DNA of 64,000 bases from the human T2T-CHM13v2.0 reference genome, Homo sapiens (GCF_009914755.1 NC_060934.1); one strand, 5' to 3'; counted from the first letter of the stretch, positions 49,282 to 63,199 are shown. Program-made: numbers and translations. Notes: a model not told the origin generated them from the sequence alone.

Positions 49282-49814
49282 TGCCTTAGGGTTCTTTAAA
49301 GGGACAGAACTAATAGGATATATGTATATATGCAAAGGAGTTTATTAGGATAATTGACACACATGAATCAAGGTGAAGTCCCAAGATAGGCTGTCTGCAA
49401 GCTGAGGAGCAAGGAAGCCAGTCCAGTCCTAAAGTCTCAAAAGTTGGGAAGCCAACAAAGCAGCCTTCAGTCTGTGGCCAAAGGCCTGAGAGCCCCTGGC
49501 AAATCACTGGTGTGAGTCCAAAAGCTCAAGAACTTGGAGTCTGATGTTTGAGGGAAGGAAGCATCCAGCAATGGAGAAAGATGGAGGCTGGAAGACTCAG
49601 CAAGTCTGCTCTTCCATCTTCTCCTGCCTACTTTATTCTGGCTGCTCTGGCAGCTGATTTGATGGTGCTCACCTAGATTGAGGGTGGGTCTGCCTCTCCC
49701 AGTCCACTGACTCAAATGTTAATATCCATTGGCAACATCCTCACAGACACATCCAGGAGCAATACTTTGCATCCTTCAACCTAATCAAGTTGACACTCAA
49801 TATTAACCATCACG
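49282..49814 (-). mobile_element. MLT2A/B (HERVL) solo LTR
   Basis: 'gggacagaactaataggata...caagttgacactcaatattaaccatcac'; TSD GCCCC at 49277-49281 and 49815-49819. Confidence 0.9.
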
Positions 49815-51194
49815 GCCCCCTTTTGAACACCAATAATTTTTAGATATGGTATTTGAGGTTCTTTTCTGTATCTTGTAGGTTATCTTCATTTCTTCTCATT
49901 CTTTTTTTCTCTTCTCTGAGTGTGTAATTTCAAATAACCTGTCTTTGAGTTCACTGATTGCTTAATCTATGCTGCTGTTGAAATTAATTTTTTAGCTCAG
50001 CAAATGTATTTCTCAATTTCAAGATTTGTTTGATTTGTTACTATTTCAATTTCTGTTAACTTTCTCTGATACATTTCTGAATTGATTTTCTGTGTTTCTT
50101 GGAGATCACTGAGTTTCCTTAAAACTGCCATTTTGAATTCTTGGTCGGAGAGCTCACAAATCACCATCTCATTAGAATCAGTCATTGGATCCTATTAGAT
50201 TTTTGCTTTGTCTTTTTGAGAAGGTCATGGTTCCCTGTTTGCTGTTGTTTCTTATGGGTCTATGTATATGTCTTTAAATTAAAGGATTAGTTATTTATTC
50301 CAGTCTTCTTTGTCAGGATTATTTTGAGTTTTATTGGATATGTTTACTTTGATATTCTTTGTACTTTACCTATTGAATGTATTTTTGTTTCCACTAGGTC
50401 ACTGCCTCCTTTTTGTCAGTAGATGGAGCCTAAGCCAAGGTTTGCCTTGGCTCTAGCAAATGATCAGATGTGTGCCCATCTGGAATAGGTAAGGTCCCAA
50501 AAGGGCTATCTTGGCAGTGTGGAAAGGCTGTCTAGGGGAACCTGTGGAACATGCATTTTACAGCATGGTCCTGCTGAACAGCCACTCTGATTCATTGTGT
50601 TCTTTGGCCAAGTTATAGAACAGAGTGTCTAAGGCTGGGCATGGTAGTCCTATCTTCCTCCATTGTCTCTCGCTGTCCATAGGGATATGCCTCCATGCTT
50701 CCTGTGGGTTGAGGCATGGACAGTTCTCCTGCCAAAGAACCCAAGATGGTGAGAAAGTTGGTTGTCCAACTCAATCTCACTTTTTCCAGTGAAGAAATTA
50801 TGAGTCAGGGAAAAATTTCCACATGCCTGATACCAGGCAGATGGAAGAAAAGGTGTCGGAGATATGAAAGTCTTATTCTCTTGCCATCTGGTCAGAGATT
50901 TTTAACTTTTCTATGGCCCTGGGGACTGACTCATCCTCATATTTGAGTTCTAGGATGTTGCTGGTGATAATCTCAAGGCTATGTATTTGTTTTTGGTTTT
51001 CTGTGGGAGGAGTGAAGCCAATGTGTGTCTACACCTCTATTTTCATGCCAGAAATCTCTGCCCATTTTAATTTTTGAGGCAACATATACACATTTGGGTG
51101 TGCACTTTGTTAAATGTGATTAATTGAATACACACTTTGATGAATTTACCTAAATAATGTGGTCGAATTAAAGTGTAACCTAGAGTAAGGAAGG

Positions 51195-51929
<735 letters not shown>

Positions 51930-52024
51930 GAAGGGTTTTCAGATGTCTCAGACTGTCTATCTATCTCAAGCTTTAGAACATAGTGGATGCAGTGATTATC
52001 TTAAAGTATTTTTAGAAGATTGGG

Positions 52025-53262
52025 ATGCTTCAAGATCTCAGGCGAATACTCAACCAGGAGAAGTACAGCAACACTCTCAGGATTTGAAGCCAATCCATGC
52101 CTGTATTATTCTTAAATAACAGCTCCTGACTTGCTATTGGCTTTTGGTAAAAACTTAATGCCCAATAACGGGGTACCAGAAGAAGATAACACCAAGGCTT
52201 TCCATCACAAACCAAGAGTCATCTGATCCATGCAACATTAAATTAGGCACTCCTAGCAGCTCACCATCATCACGTAGAAGTGAAATATAAAAGCCTGGGC
52301 CCAAACAGGTCACAATCAAATTCTAGAAGCACTCTCAATATGCCTACTTCCCTTTTACTATCCCACCTTGACCCACACCCATGGCCTCATTGAGAGTTTC
52401 CTATTACCAGCTCACTGGGACAAGATCAGTGAGAATCAACCACCTCCACACAATATGTTGTCATGTGCCAAAACTGAAGTTTTTTGGCATTAAAGCCCCA
52501 CTTGGGGACTCAAAACACTGGGAAAGAGATATTCTTCCAGTGATTAGAACTTTGATTAGTACATCTTCTTCACTGTTTCTAGAAGGAGAGAGAAACTAGA
52601 AAGTGCTTAATGGCCAGGGACTTCGAAGGAATGAGATTGCATAATTTGTGATAAGGACATTTGTATAAGAGTTATGAAGACAGACCTCTTAAAACATGCT
52701 CATGTTATGAGAATATCTGAGTCCCATATGAATTTCATTTTTAAAAAACCCTTTATGCAAAAGCTCTTAATGATTCATTTGGTATTCTTTACCTACTCTG
52801 TATAAGACAATAAGCTTTCTTCCCTCAGCCACCCCAGTGCTGAGACTCATTAACAAAGTGGTCAAGGAAACAGGAAAGTTATGCATGAATTTTTAAAAAT
52901 TGATTTTTCTTCACTGAGGTTTATCTGACTATTGCTCCCTTGAATTTGTTTGCCTTTTCTGCTGTTCTTCTGATAGCACCATCATACTTGAATTTATGGA
53001 ATGCTTTTTCATCATAGTTTTACACACAAGATTGCATCTTCAACAAAGTCTCATTTTTTCTATTAAATAGGGAAGCATTTCTTCTAAGCTCATTGGGGTC
53101 CATTGGTATTATTGCATACCTTCTCATCTATTGGCAATGACTTATAGAAGACGTGGATATTACACACAATGAGATACAATAACTTGACAGGTTGGCCTCT
53201 GTCCTTGAGAGCAACTTATGTTCTAATCAAATATATATATATAGGCTATGGGATAAAAATCA

Positions 53263-53294
<32 letters not shown>

Positions 53295-54180
53295 TGTGTG
53301 AGTTTTATCTCATAGCCTAAATAAAAAGGTGGCAAAATAAGAGATGGAATTTGTAATAGAATATCTCACTATCACAATGAATTCCCCATTCATAGTATTT
53401 CCGTGATACTTCTCCTTCATTAAAAGTTTTAAGACTCAACAGAGAAATACTTCCTCTAGGAAGCATAACTTTATTTTCATCGAATTAGAAGTTGAAACAG
53501 ATAAATGGTCAGTTTTTGACTCCTCATGCTCTATATGACCATATCAAAAAAAAAGAAGACATTTACATCACATTACATTTTTTACAATAAAATCAATTTT
53601 GACCATCAATGAAAAAGGGAGAAATAAATAGATAAGTATGTATAAAGCCCAAGGATTCCCTAGGAAGTTTCCTTATACTACCATGTTCTTAGTAAAATGT
53701 AACAGAAAATTACTGTAGCCAAATGCATGAAGGACCACTGAGGACCAAATCTCTGAAGAATTAGCATTTGGGTGACATCATTTGCAAAGAATCTTGACCA
53801 ACTAAAAATTTCTCTGAAGAAAAAGAGAATATGCAGCAGTTAATACAACTCATAAACACAACTTAAGGTCCTATTACCATTAAGGAAATAAGGACTTTAG
53901 CTATTCTTATTGCTATGTCACATTTTTAGTGCTGTAAGTAATGTCTCTTTTATTTTTTCTTCTTTACCCTATTATTGTACATAGAGTATATTAGTTGTTG
54001 TTAACTTTACAATTTAATCTCTTGGTCATATTATATTGATATAAGGTCATACAGAACTAGAGGAGAAGTAGACACTGGACTTGATGCCAAAAGTAGTAAC
54101 TGGGAAATATTTGGTATTGCCTTTCTTTGAGGATGGGGTAAATTTTAATCAATGGGCCCTAATTGCTTTACTTTAGCTGG
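52025..54180 (+). mobile_element. Ancient ERVL pol 3' region (RT connection, RNase H, integrase remnants)
   Basis: 'cagctcctgacttgctattggcttttggta' reads QLLTCYWLLV (ERVL QLLACYWALV); an RNase H-like DK...SHMN segment at ~52650-52735. Confidence 0.6.
53263..53300. repeat. (TG)n microsatellite, one interruption
   Basis: Seen directly in the sequence. Confidence 0.95.
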
Positions 54181-54889
54181 GAATGTATTTGGGAAGGGGA
54201 ATGAGGTTAAAGATTGATAGGTTTCACTAAATGGATGAATTTTAATAAATATTTGTCATCTGAAGAGGCGAGGCAGGGAATCCTTGCATATGAACAGCCA
54301 TATAGAGTTTGGCAAGAGATATGGTCCGCATTCAGCAATAGTACCTTGCTGCTTTTACTTAGGACAAGTGCGTGGTGCCTACATTTGTTCACTCAGATTC
54401 CCTTATCTTGGACTTTGAATGAAGATAGGAAAACATTCTTTCTGGAAGCCAAAACATTGTCAGTAACATAAAGTTTCCAGGGGCAACCTTAGAATACTCT
54501 TAGAGTATTCACAGACATGATGAAGCACCTGTTTTTTTGATGGTGGGCACAATGGTAATGCCGCTACAGTGATCCTGGCATGATTTTGGTTATGGTTCTA
54601 GTAGAATATCTTCTCTATATCTAAAGATAGCCCAATCTGTTTCTATTCTATATCTGTTTCTCTAGCCTTTTCAATGATTGTGTAAACTACCCAATATCCT
54701 TCCAAATACTTTATTTCTGTTCAGATAAGTGAAAGAGAATTATTTTATATCAGCACTAACTCCTTGGCATAACCACCAGACTTAGAAGCTACATAATACT
54801 TGGTCTTCCCTTTAACCACTATTCCCCTCCTTCTCTTCAGTTCCAACCACATTGGGCTTCTTGCTGTCCTCCAAACATGTAACTGTCAG

Positions 54890-54943
<54 letters not shown>
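54890..54943. repeat. (CA)n microsatellite
   Basis: About 27 CA units. Confidence 0.97.
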
Positions 54944-54947
<4 letters not shown>

Positions 54948-55244
54948 AGTTTGTTTCCCTCATCCATCTCAGGATGCCATGCTCACTGCTAATTCTGCCT
55001 TATACACTCCACCTTAAATGGCCCTGTGTTATCTAGGGCAGACTTGACTGGCTAACCCAACACCCATTTCACTGTCCTTTCTCCTTTGTCTGCCTCTACC
55101 ACAGCAGCTGGAAAATAGTCACTGCCCCACAGTACCCTGCAGCAATAGATGGCCGTGTGACAGAGTAGCAGACAGTAAGACTTAAGCAAAGACTGCTGGA
55201 GGCATGTTTGCCTTCCTGATAAAAAAGTCATATGTTACAGGCAC

Positions 55245-56636
55245 CAGGGCTGGCTTCAGGGCTTGCAAACTGTGCAGTGACAGAGGGCCCTGCTCTCAGA
55301 AGGGCTCTGCCCATCTCTTCTCCATCTGGTTAAGTGCTCTGCTGTTGCCCTTTCAAAATTCTTAATATTTATCCTTAATTTATTTTATAAGTGAGGTCCA
55401 AGCATGATCATGAGCAGCAGATTCACCAGGTGATAGCTCAGGCTCTGCAGCCAAAGCAGACAGTGCAGGCACTGCATAATTCACTGGTGGCCAGGTACAA
55501 GCGCCTTCGGCTGTCTGGGACAGTGCTCTGGGACATAGCCAGAGGCCACCAGCTTGCCCTGCTGTCCCTGGAGGCCTTTTCTGCAGCCTCTGCACAAATA
55601 CTAAACTCTCGCCCTCAGCACTGGGATAGGTGTGCCATCACTGAGGAGGTAAACTTTGTTAGTAAATTATTACAAAATAAAATGATACAAAAAGACATTG
55701 AAATAAAGCAAATAATTTGGGAGTTACTTGGATTCCTCAGGGAGTTTAGAATCTCTACTTTTGGAAATGACTGCAGCATTGAAAAGCAAATGGAAATTAA
55801 ATTTAAAGGTTGTAGCATTCCACGGAAAAGAACACTATTCTCCAGTGAAGCTTTGGATGAACTAATTATTAACAAGGAAGACAACTTTCAGATTAATGTT
55901 TCCTTTTTAACTGAAGATAAACTGCATAAACCGACATGTTGAATTATATACAAAGCATGAGGCCATTTTCCGTTTCTTGTTCCACCTCCGTACAGTACAG
56001 GAAATGTCAGAGGAGATATTAAAATGCAATTGTACAAATTTACAATTAAAATAAAATTCAAATTTACAGAATGCTGATTTTAGAAAAATTGTTTCATGAG
56101 AGTCAATTCTAGATGTCTTAAAATTTATATTTTGAAACAATTGGTCAGAAAATTTCCCTATGTTGTCGCAGTCTATAAAACACCCTTAACAGACACAGTA
56201 ACAGTTGCATCAGCAGAAAGATCCTTGTCAAAATTTAAAAATCATCAAAATTGTTTGCAGTCTTGCATTTGCCAAGAGTGGCTGGTATTGATTTCAATTA
56301 TATTGATTGAAAGTAAACTTATTTTAGTATGAATTTTGATGACCTATAAATAAAATTACAGAAAAAGCAAGCCCAAAACCAGTATGATCAATTCAGATAG
56401 CACATGAATTTTTGTTTTTATGTGCATTTATGACACAAAAATATTGTTTGTAATTTATAATTCTGTATTTTTTTCTTGTGTACAAACTGTTACATTTTTA
56501 AAGTAAGAAAAATTTTTTTTTAAGGAAAAGCCTTTCATTTTTTTGATATCTTTAATGTCACTTTTTTCCCACTTTTTGAACAAATGGCCCCACAGGTTAA
56601 TCTTTCAATGCCCTCCTGCATTTTGCACCATTCCCG
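55245..56636 (+). mobile_element. hAT-Tip100 DNA transposon (MER45R/Zaphod-like) with transposase C-terminal remnants
   Basis: Start CAGGGCTGGCTTCA; perfect 8-bp TSD ACAGGCAC at 55237-55244 and 56637-56644; hAT dimerisation motif FP...LT..VTVASAERSLSKFK in ORF 56096-56332. Confidence 0.88.
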
Positions 56637-56745
56637 ACAGGCACTGCCCTTTCCTTTTCTTTCTGACTGGAATGCATATGCAATCCCTATGGGTACAGTG
56701 TCATTCTGAAATCATGAGGAGGTAAAACCAACATATGAAAGATGA

Positions 56746-57052
56746 GGCTGGGCATGGTGGCTCAAACGCCTGTAATCCCAGCACTTTGGGAGACCGAGGT
56801 TGGGGATTGCTTGAGGTCAGGAGTTTGAGACCAGCCTGGCCAACATGGTAAAACCCTATCTCTACCAAAAATACAAAAATTAGATGGGCGTGGTGGTGCA
56901 TGCCTGTAATCCCAGCTACTCAGGAGGCTGAGGCTGGAGAATCACTTGAACCCAGGAGGCGGAAGTTGCAGTGAGCCGAGATGGCGTCACTGCACTCCAG
57001 CCTGGGTGACAGAGTGAGACCCTGCCACACACACACACACACACACACACAC
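56746..57052 (+). mobile_element. AluS with a (CA)n tail
   Basis: Alu dimer ending 'gagaccctgc' followed by about 13 CA units. Confidence 0.93.
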
Positions 57053-57239
57053 AAAGAATAACCAGAATGATGTGTCATCCCTGTTCTTGATATTGCCACT
57101 GAGTTGGTACGTCTGTCCCACCTGACTCCCCTACTAGATATCCTGGTACATATTTATTACAAAAAATGATAGAGTGCCAATGGTTTGAGCCATTGTTTGT
57201 CCACTTTTATGTTATGTCTGTGCATCACTCAGATGTCAA

Positions 57240-57520
57240 CTCGTATGTCCCTCCTTGGAGAGTAAACCCATGACCCCTTAAGGATTTCTCCTCCCACTGT
57301 CATGTTCATCCCCTTCGCATTTATAACACACATCACTACCTTGAGTGATCTTATTTCTCTGTTCACATAATTATTTTTATCTTATCTAAAATAAAGTGTA
57401 AACTCTATAAAGGCAGAAATAATGTGTGTTATTTGCCATGGCACACCCAGCACCCTGGCACAGAGTACCTATTCAAGAACTGTTTGCTGAATGAGTAAGT
57501 GAATAAATTAACTAATAAAT
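57240..57520 (+). mobile_element. L2 3' end
   Basis: 'tgtaaactctataaaggcag...cctggcacagagta...tttgctgaatgagtaagtgaataaat'. Confidence 0.7.
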
Positions 57521-59779
57521 GGCTTCCCTCAGCAAAGAAACCAGAGTCAGGTCACAAAATAGGAATGCAAAAAACATCTCTTAATTATTTATTTCTTCAG
57601 CAATAAAAAAATAAGCATTTTCAAGTATTTCCACGTGCAAATTATTGTGGTTTGCAAATTGCCTTATGCTAGTTGGTGAGAATATTTTTTATGTAAGCCC
57701 AAAATGCACAAAACTGAGTTTCCACGGAGGTAGAGTCTGTCCTCTTTTCTTAAGAGTAGGGCCCATTGTTATCTTGCTGCCAGACTGCACAACCCTACCT
57801 TCTACCATAACAAGGCCCTACAGTATTACAAATGCTCAGTATCTGAAACAGAACCCATGGATATTAATGCATCTAAGATCATCTTTTGACTATAGTTTTA
57901 CAGCTGTTATCACATTCCAGGGTAAAATCACATTCCAGGGAGCTGAAATCCTGATAGGGAAAATAGAAAGCTGAATGTTAGCTCTACCCCCGCCTCCCTG
58001 GTACACAGACAGTTCCCACCCACTACCCATCTTCTGCAGGATGCATATGCAACCTTTCCATATCTCCATCTCAGCCAGAACTTGAGAGGTGATTTTTTTT
58101 TCAATTATCTTACTTATCTTAATGTTTTTCTCTGTACTTTGAATACATGATCCATTTTATCTCTATATCTCACCTGTACCTTTTTGCCACTTCAATTCAA
58201 TTGAGGTCACATTTCTCTTCTTAAAACTTATTTTCCCCATTCACATCAGCTGGTAGCTGCAGGCAATAGGGTTTCCTTCCAATCTTAGGTCCAGAGTCTC
58301 CTCCCCCAGTGACAGAATCCCAATTTAGTTCAGGTATGGCTGCAAATCCAGTGTCTTTTCTATCCTCTGTGCTGCTCCTCTTCCATTTAGTCTTGATCCA
58401 GCACAAGCCAATTGACAAGGCATTTTGACCGTATAAGAACCCAGGATAAACCTTGAAAGCACATTAGGTTCCTTCAGCACTGTGATTTGGTTATTAGAGA
58501 TGACAACATACAAATGCAATCCAGAGCCCTGCAAATATATTCTTTGAAGGAAACATATATTTTTAAAACACACACATGCCACACATTGGCAATAATGAGA
58601 ATAATATGATTACAATATAAACAAGTGTCCCAAATCTCACATATTTTTTATTTTGGGGTAAACAAGATTCCCAGGAACATGGATTATAGATTTGGTCTTT
58701 GGTTCTTTCTCATTAACTGTTGGCATTTTATCAGCATAGACATCTATAAGATGTAAGAAGGCATATGGTAGTACGTGTGTGTTTTGTGGGGTGATATACA
58801 CACTAACTCCTACTTCACAGTATTTTATAATTTCCAAAGCTCTTTCCCGTCCATTTTATTCTTACGATGTCCCTGTAAAGGGAGGAAATTAATATTGACC
58901 CAATTGTACAGGTGAGAAAACAGAGATCGGATAATTTAAATGACTCTCCCAAATTTCCTTAAGTTGATGTCGCTGCTTCCCATCATTGCAATGAAACGCC
59001 TTTCTCACTTTGTAAACTCCCTAGGATATAATAAAATTGAATTTGGTTACCACAGTGTTCTCTGTATTTTTTGCTTAATTTTAATTTTTTTTATAATAAA
59101 ACTTTCTCCCACTCTAGTGTGGGGCAGCATATGTGGAAAGACAGAAAATAGTACCAATCAGACAGTGTATTTGCATGGCTTCTCAAGTACTCAGAATTCT
59201 AGCGATAACCCCTGCTGTCCCCATCAATTAATACACAATACTCCTATGTGATGGATTAGGTCCAGCAAATGTGTGAACTTAAAGAAGTGAAACTAGTAAC
59301 TCTGTGACAGAACAAAATGCAGAGTTCCAGTCAAATACTTCACCCATTTGCATGAGCTAATAGCTATGACAAATTTGTCTGCAGTTTTATTCAAGAAAAC
59401 AAGAAAAGCCGAAACTGCAATACAAATAGCCTAATACATCAGTGCCAGTTTTTGAAAAGTCAGGAAACAAGTAACTGAATAAGATCTGGTTGAGAGAAGC
59501 CTTTTTTTTCGCTAAGCTTTAATGACTTTGTGACAGTTGGAAATATTGACCTGGAGCCCAGAAGTGTTGTTCGATGAAGATGAAGATACAAGGATGAGCA
59601 ATATTAGGCGGCCAATCACTCACTCATCAATTCATTTAACAAGTACTTTCTGAGGTGTCATTTTGTTCTATGAAGTGAGAGACACATTAGATAAATCTAG
59701 ATTAATTTTCTCAAGGCAAGTAAAAAGAGAGGTGGGCTCAGGACAAAGCCAATCTCGTTCCATGTTCTAGCACCAGCTA

Positions 59780-60110
59780 CAGTTCTCAGCTGGCAATCTT
59801 TTCCTCATCCTGCACAGCTCAGCTCACACATCTCTGCCTCCAAGGAAGATTTATTTCTGGCCCATTCTCTCCTGGACCCGTTCCTTGAGGCTTCCATGAT
59901 GCTTTGTGCATATTTCTAGCACTGTACTAGCCATACTACTCTGAAATAAATTTCTTTTTGTGTACCTCTCTTATCCATAAAACATGGCCATCTTAAAGGG
60001 AAGACAACTTTTACCCATCTTTATTTCCACCATGGCAAATGCAGGGCCCAGTACAGGGTAGATGTTCACTCAGTGCTGGCTCTGTGAATGAGTAAAGGAC
60101 TTAATGAATT
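59780..60110 (+). mobile_element. L2 3' end
   Basis: 'cagctcagctcacacatctctgcctccaaggaag...cagtacagggtagatgttcactcagtgc...tgaatgagt'. Confidence 0.6.
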
Positions 60111-61448
60111 CAACTTGGCAGGGAAAAAATACAAAATCTGCTTTTCTCATTAAAGAATGAACACGTAGATTGAATTAAAGCATCAAGCTTGATTGAATGC
60201 TTCAGCCTGCAAAAAAAAAGGTAAATTTTTTTAGATTTATTAATTTCCTCTGGAAAATGAAAATACTAATTATTTATAGAATTAGTCACTGAATCCTGCC
60301 TTCTAATTTTCTTACTGACAGCTTTTTAAATGATATTAGTGAAGACAGTCCCCAAAGATCTAAGGAATGCATCCAAACTTCATCAAAATCCAAGTAAGGA
60401 GGATTAATTAGATGGGATTGCTGTTTATGCTTTGGGTTCTTTCAGACTGAGCTAACATTAAGCCTCTGAAGTTCATGTCCTAAACTCCATTCTGTGCACA
60501 GCTACACACACTTCATGTAATCCACTGAGGGTGCTGGTAGCTCAATTTTAGAAAAGGAAAGGGATTTTTTCTAATTCCAATTTAGTAATTTACAATGAAT
60601 TAGGTATCTAGTAAGGTGCAGCATTCTCAGCCAGGACATCATTATAAGTTTTTCTCTACTAATTCAGTTTTAGCAAGTGAGTGTATTAGTTTTAAAATAT
60701 ATATATCTTTGAAGAAACAAAGAACAAAAGTAGAAATGTTTCTTTGATTCTGAGAATCTATCCTAAGGACATGGCTATAAATAGAATTATTTTATGGCAA
60801 AAAGATGTTCAGTATATCTTTTTTTTGATAGCAGAAAAAAGGAACATTTTAAATGACCAAAAATGAAAGCATAATTAGGAACACTAAGGTATACACGGAA
60901 TCACTTCTCAAATCTCTGATTTCTTTTTTTCTTTTTCCCTCTTACCCACTCCCCACTGACAGTAAACTTCTTATAATCCTTCATAAAGAAAAATACAAGT
61001 TGTCTGAAGCAAATACCCCCTTTTCTCCTCAAACTAACATACTCGCTACACTTGTAGTCACTCTATCCTTTTCTGCTGTTACAAAGGAAGAAGTATCAAA
61101 AACCCAAATTCTCCATACTACTCTATTTCTCTTCAAAATTCTTTTTCTCAGGGGACTTTCTACCCCAATCTTCTGGATCTTGCTACTCACTCTAGTTTAT
61201 TAAAAAGCAGACAAAACAAAACTTTTCCCTAGCTCATACCTCATTCTTGCTCCAGCGGTAATTGTGAGGGCCAGTTGTAAACTGCTTCCACTTCCTAACC
61301 TCTTATTTTCTCTTCAGTAGACACCAATAAGGCTTTTGCAACCACCAATTAATTGAAAATAATCTTAGTAAAGGACAACAATAATCCTACTGCAGCTAAA
61401 TCAAATGAATTATTTACAATTCTCACATTACAGTACTTTTCAGTAGTA

Positions 61449-61687
61449 CAGTTGATCCTTGAACAACATAGATTTGAACTGCAAGTGATCCACTTATACG
61501 TAGCTTTCTTTCAACCAAATGTGGATTGAGAATACAGTATTCTAGGGATTCAAAACCTGCATATTGGAAGGGTGGCTTTTCTTATAGGTGGGCTCTGCAA
61601 GGTGGCTATGGGACTTGAGTATGTGCAGATTTGGCTACAGGCAGGTGGTCCTGGAACCAATCCCCCATGTATATCAAGGGATGACTG
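61449..61687 (+). mobile_element. MER8 (TcMar-Tigger MITE), complete
   Basis: Terminal inverted repeats cagttgatccttga / tcaagggatgactg, flanked by TA on both sides; 239 bp. Confidence 0.9.
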
Positions 61688-61697
61688 TATATTACAT

Positions 61698-61810
61698 CAG
61701 GGATTGGAAACTACAGCCTATCATGTTTTGTAAATATAATTTCATTGGAATACAGCCATATTAATTCATTTACATTTTATCTACGACTGCTTTCATGCTA
61801 TAATGGCAAA
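61698..61810 (+). mobile_element. MER58A-like hAT-Charlie fragment
   Basis: 'ttttgtaaatataatttcattggaatacagccat...ctgctttcatgcta'. Confidence 0.7.
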
Positions 61811-62184
61811 ATAGTCCCCTTTTGAACTACTCTCTTCCCTTAGCTTCTCTGACATTAATCCTCTTGTTTACGGTTTATCTAGCTTCTCCTGTTTCATCTC
61901 CTTTTCTGACTCCTCATCTATCAGTCTTCAAATACTGGAGTTCTGTGGGCTCAATCCTGGGTCTTCTCTTCTCATACATTCTATCTCTAGCAAGCTTCAT
62001 CTATTCTTTCAGCTGAAAACAGCATCTCTAGGTTAATACTTCACAAATGCACATCATCAACTCAGACCTCTCCCTTGTGCTCCAGAATCACTGAGCCAAC
62101 TGCATATATGACAGCTCCATTTGGATGTTTCACTGGCTTCTCAAACTTAAAAGTCCAGGACTGCACTGTTAACTTCCACACCAT

Positions 62185-62209
62185 CACACACACACACACA
62201 CACACACAC
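62185..62209. repeat. (CA)n microsatellite
   Basis: Seen directly in the sequence. Confidence 0.93.
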
Positions 62210-63199
62210 GAAATCTGTTTCTCTTGTAGAGGTTTTCATCATTGTTCATAGATCTTTTCTGGATCTATTAGCCCATGCTAGAAACCTAGGAGTCAAACTT
62301 GATAACTTCTTTCTCAATTCAGTGCTGTCAATTCCATTGTCAGGATAGGTCTTGAATTTACTGAGTTCTTTGTTTCACCACATCATTTCTGCAAGCTGCT
62401 ATTATTTCTCCACTGTACTATTGTACTAGCAATCTTCTAAATGGGTACCCTATTTCTAGCCTCTGTTCAAATCATTTTTCATGAATCTGCCAGAGATCAT
62501 TTTAGATCTAGTCTATGCTTCTCATTATAGAGTTCTGCATAATCTGACCCCTATTCACACCTCCTCCTTCATATCAGAACACATTTCCACCTGTCCATTA
62601 TGTACCACCCACACTGACCATAAAAGACATCAAGTTATTTCCTGTCCTAGAGATTTTCACTCTTCCCCTTTTTCTCTGCTTGACTTCTATGCATTCTTCA
62701 ATTCTTAGTTTAAATGTCACTCTTTCAGAAAGACCTTCTTTGACCACCCAGTGGAAACTTGGTCCTTTGTTATAACCTATCAGTACAATTGACTTTTTAA
62801 TTATAGAGGACAATGTAGGACTCAAAATCCACAAAGAGAGATGCCCAATTTTTTTTTAGATTTCCTTGTTTGAATGAAATCAAATTAATTTAGCCTCTAT
62901 CCACTTTTACTTTCTCAGGCAAATAAGAACTTTTACTTCAGAAATTCTCAGGAAATCCTCAGCATTGAATTATACCAAATATTAAGGCAATTACACAGCA
63001 CAGGGAGTATTGGAAGCTTGTCTGATTGTTCACCCCCTGTGCACACAGCTTAGCGTTGAGATGCTCATTGCCCAAGCTCACGTGGTTAGTTCTTTCTAGT
63101 TCCAGAAACTGCTGCCTTGGTGCATGCTAGGGCCCACAGATCCCTGGGAGCACCTCCGTTGGTGCACTGCACAACCAGTTCCCTGAGAACCTCTCCTCT

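Larger units (their letters stand above)
40480..51060 (-). mobile_element. Near full-length L1MA-type element in pieces (40480-43155, 45780-45908, 47881-49281, 49815-51060)
   Basis: ORF2 antisense sequence resumes in order after each insertion; ORF1 N-terminal remnant ELSDQEFKMAVLRKLSDLQE at 49997-50185. Confidence 0.8.
55025..57220 (+). mobile_element. LTR16-like ERVL LTR split by a hAT element and an Alu
   Basis: 'gcagcaatagatggccgtgtgac...tttgccttcctgataaaa' continues after the hAT as 'tgcccttccttttctttctgactggaatgc'. Confidence 0.6.
60900..62800 (+). mobile_element. L2 internal fragments interrupted by MER8 and MER58
   Basis: L2 RT-region motifs 'ggctcaatcctgggtcttctcttctc' and 'cagacctctcccttgtgctccaga'. 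Confidence 0.65.

Noticed and set aside
55391-55942. 183-aa ORF as a domesticated transposase gene
   Set aside because: Non-ATG start, only partial transposase similarity, no catalytic core, and separated by stops from the dimerisation motif.
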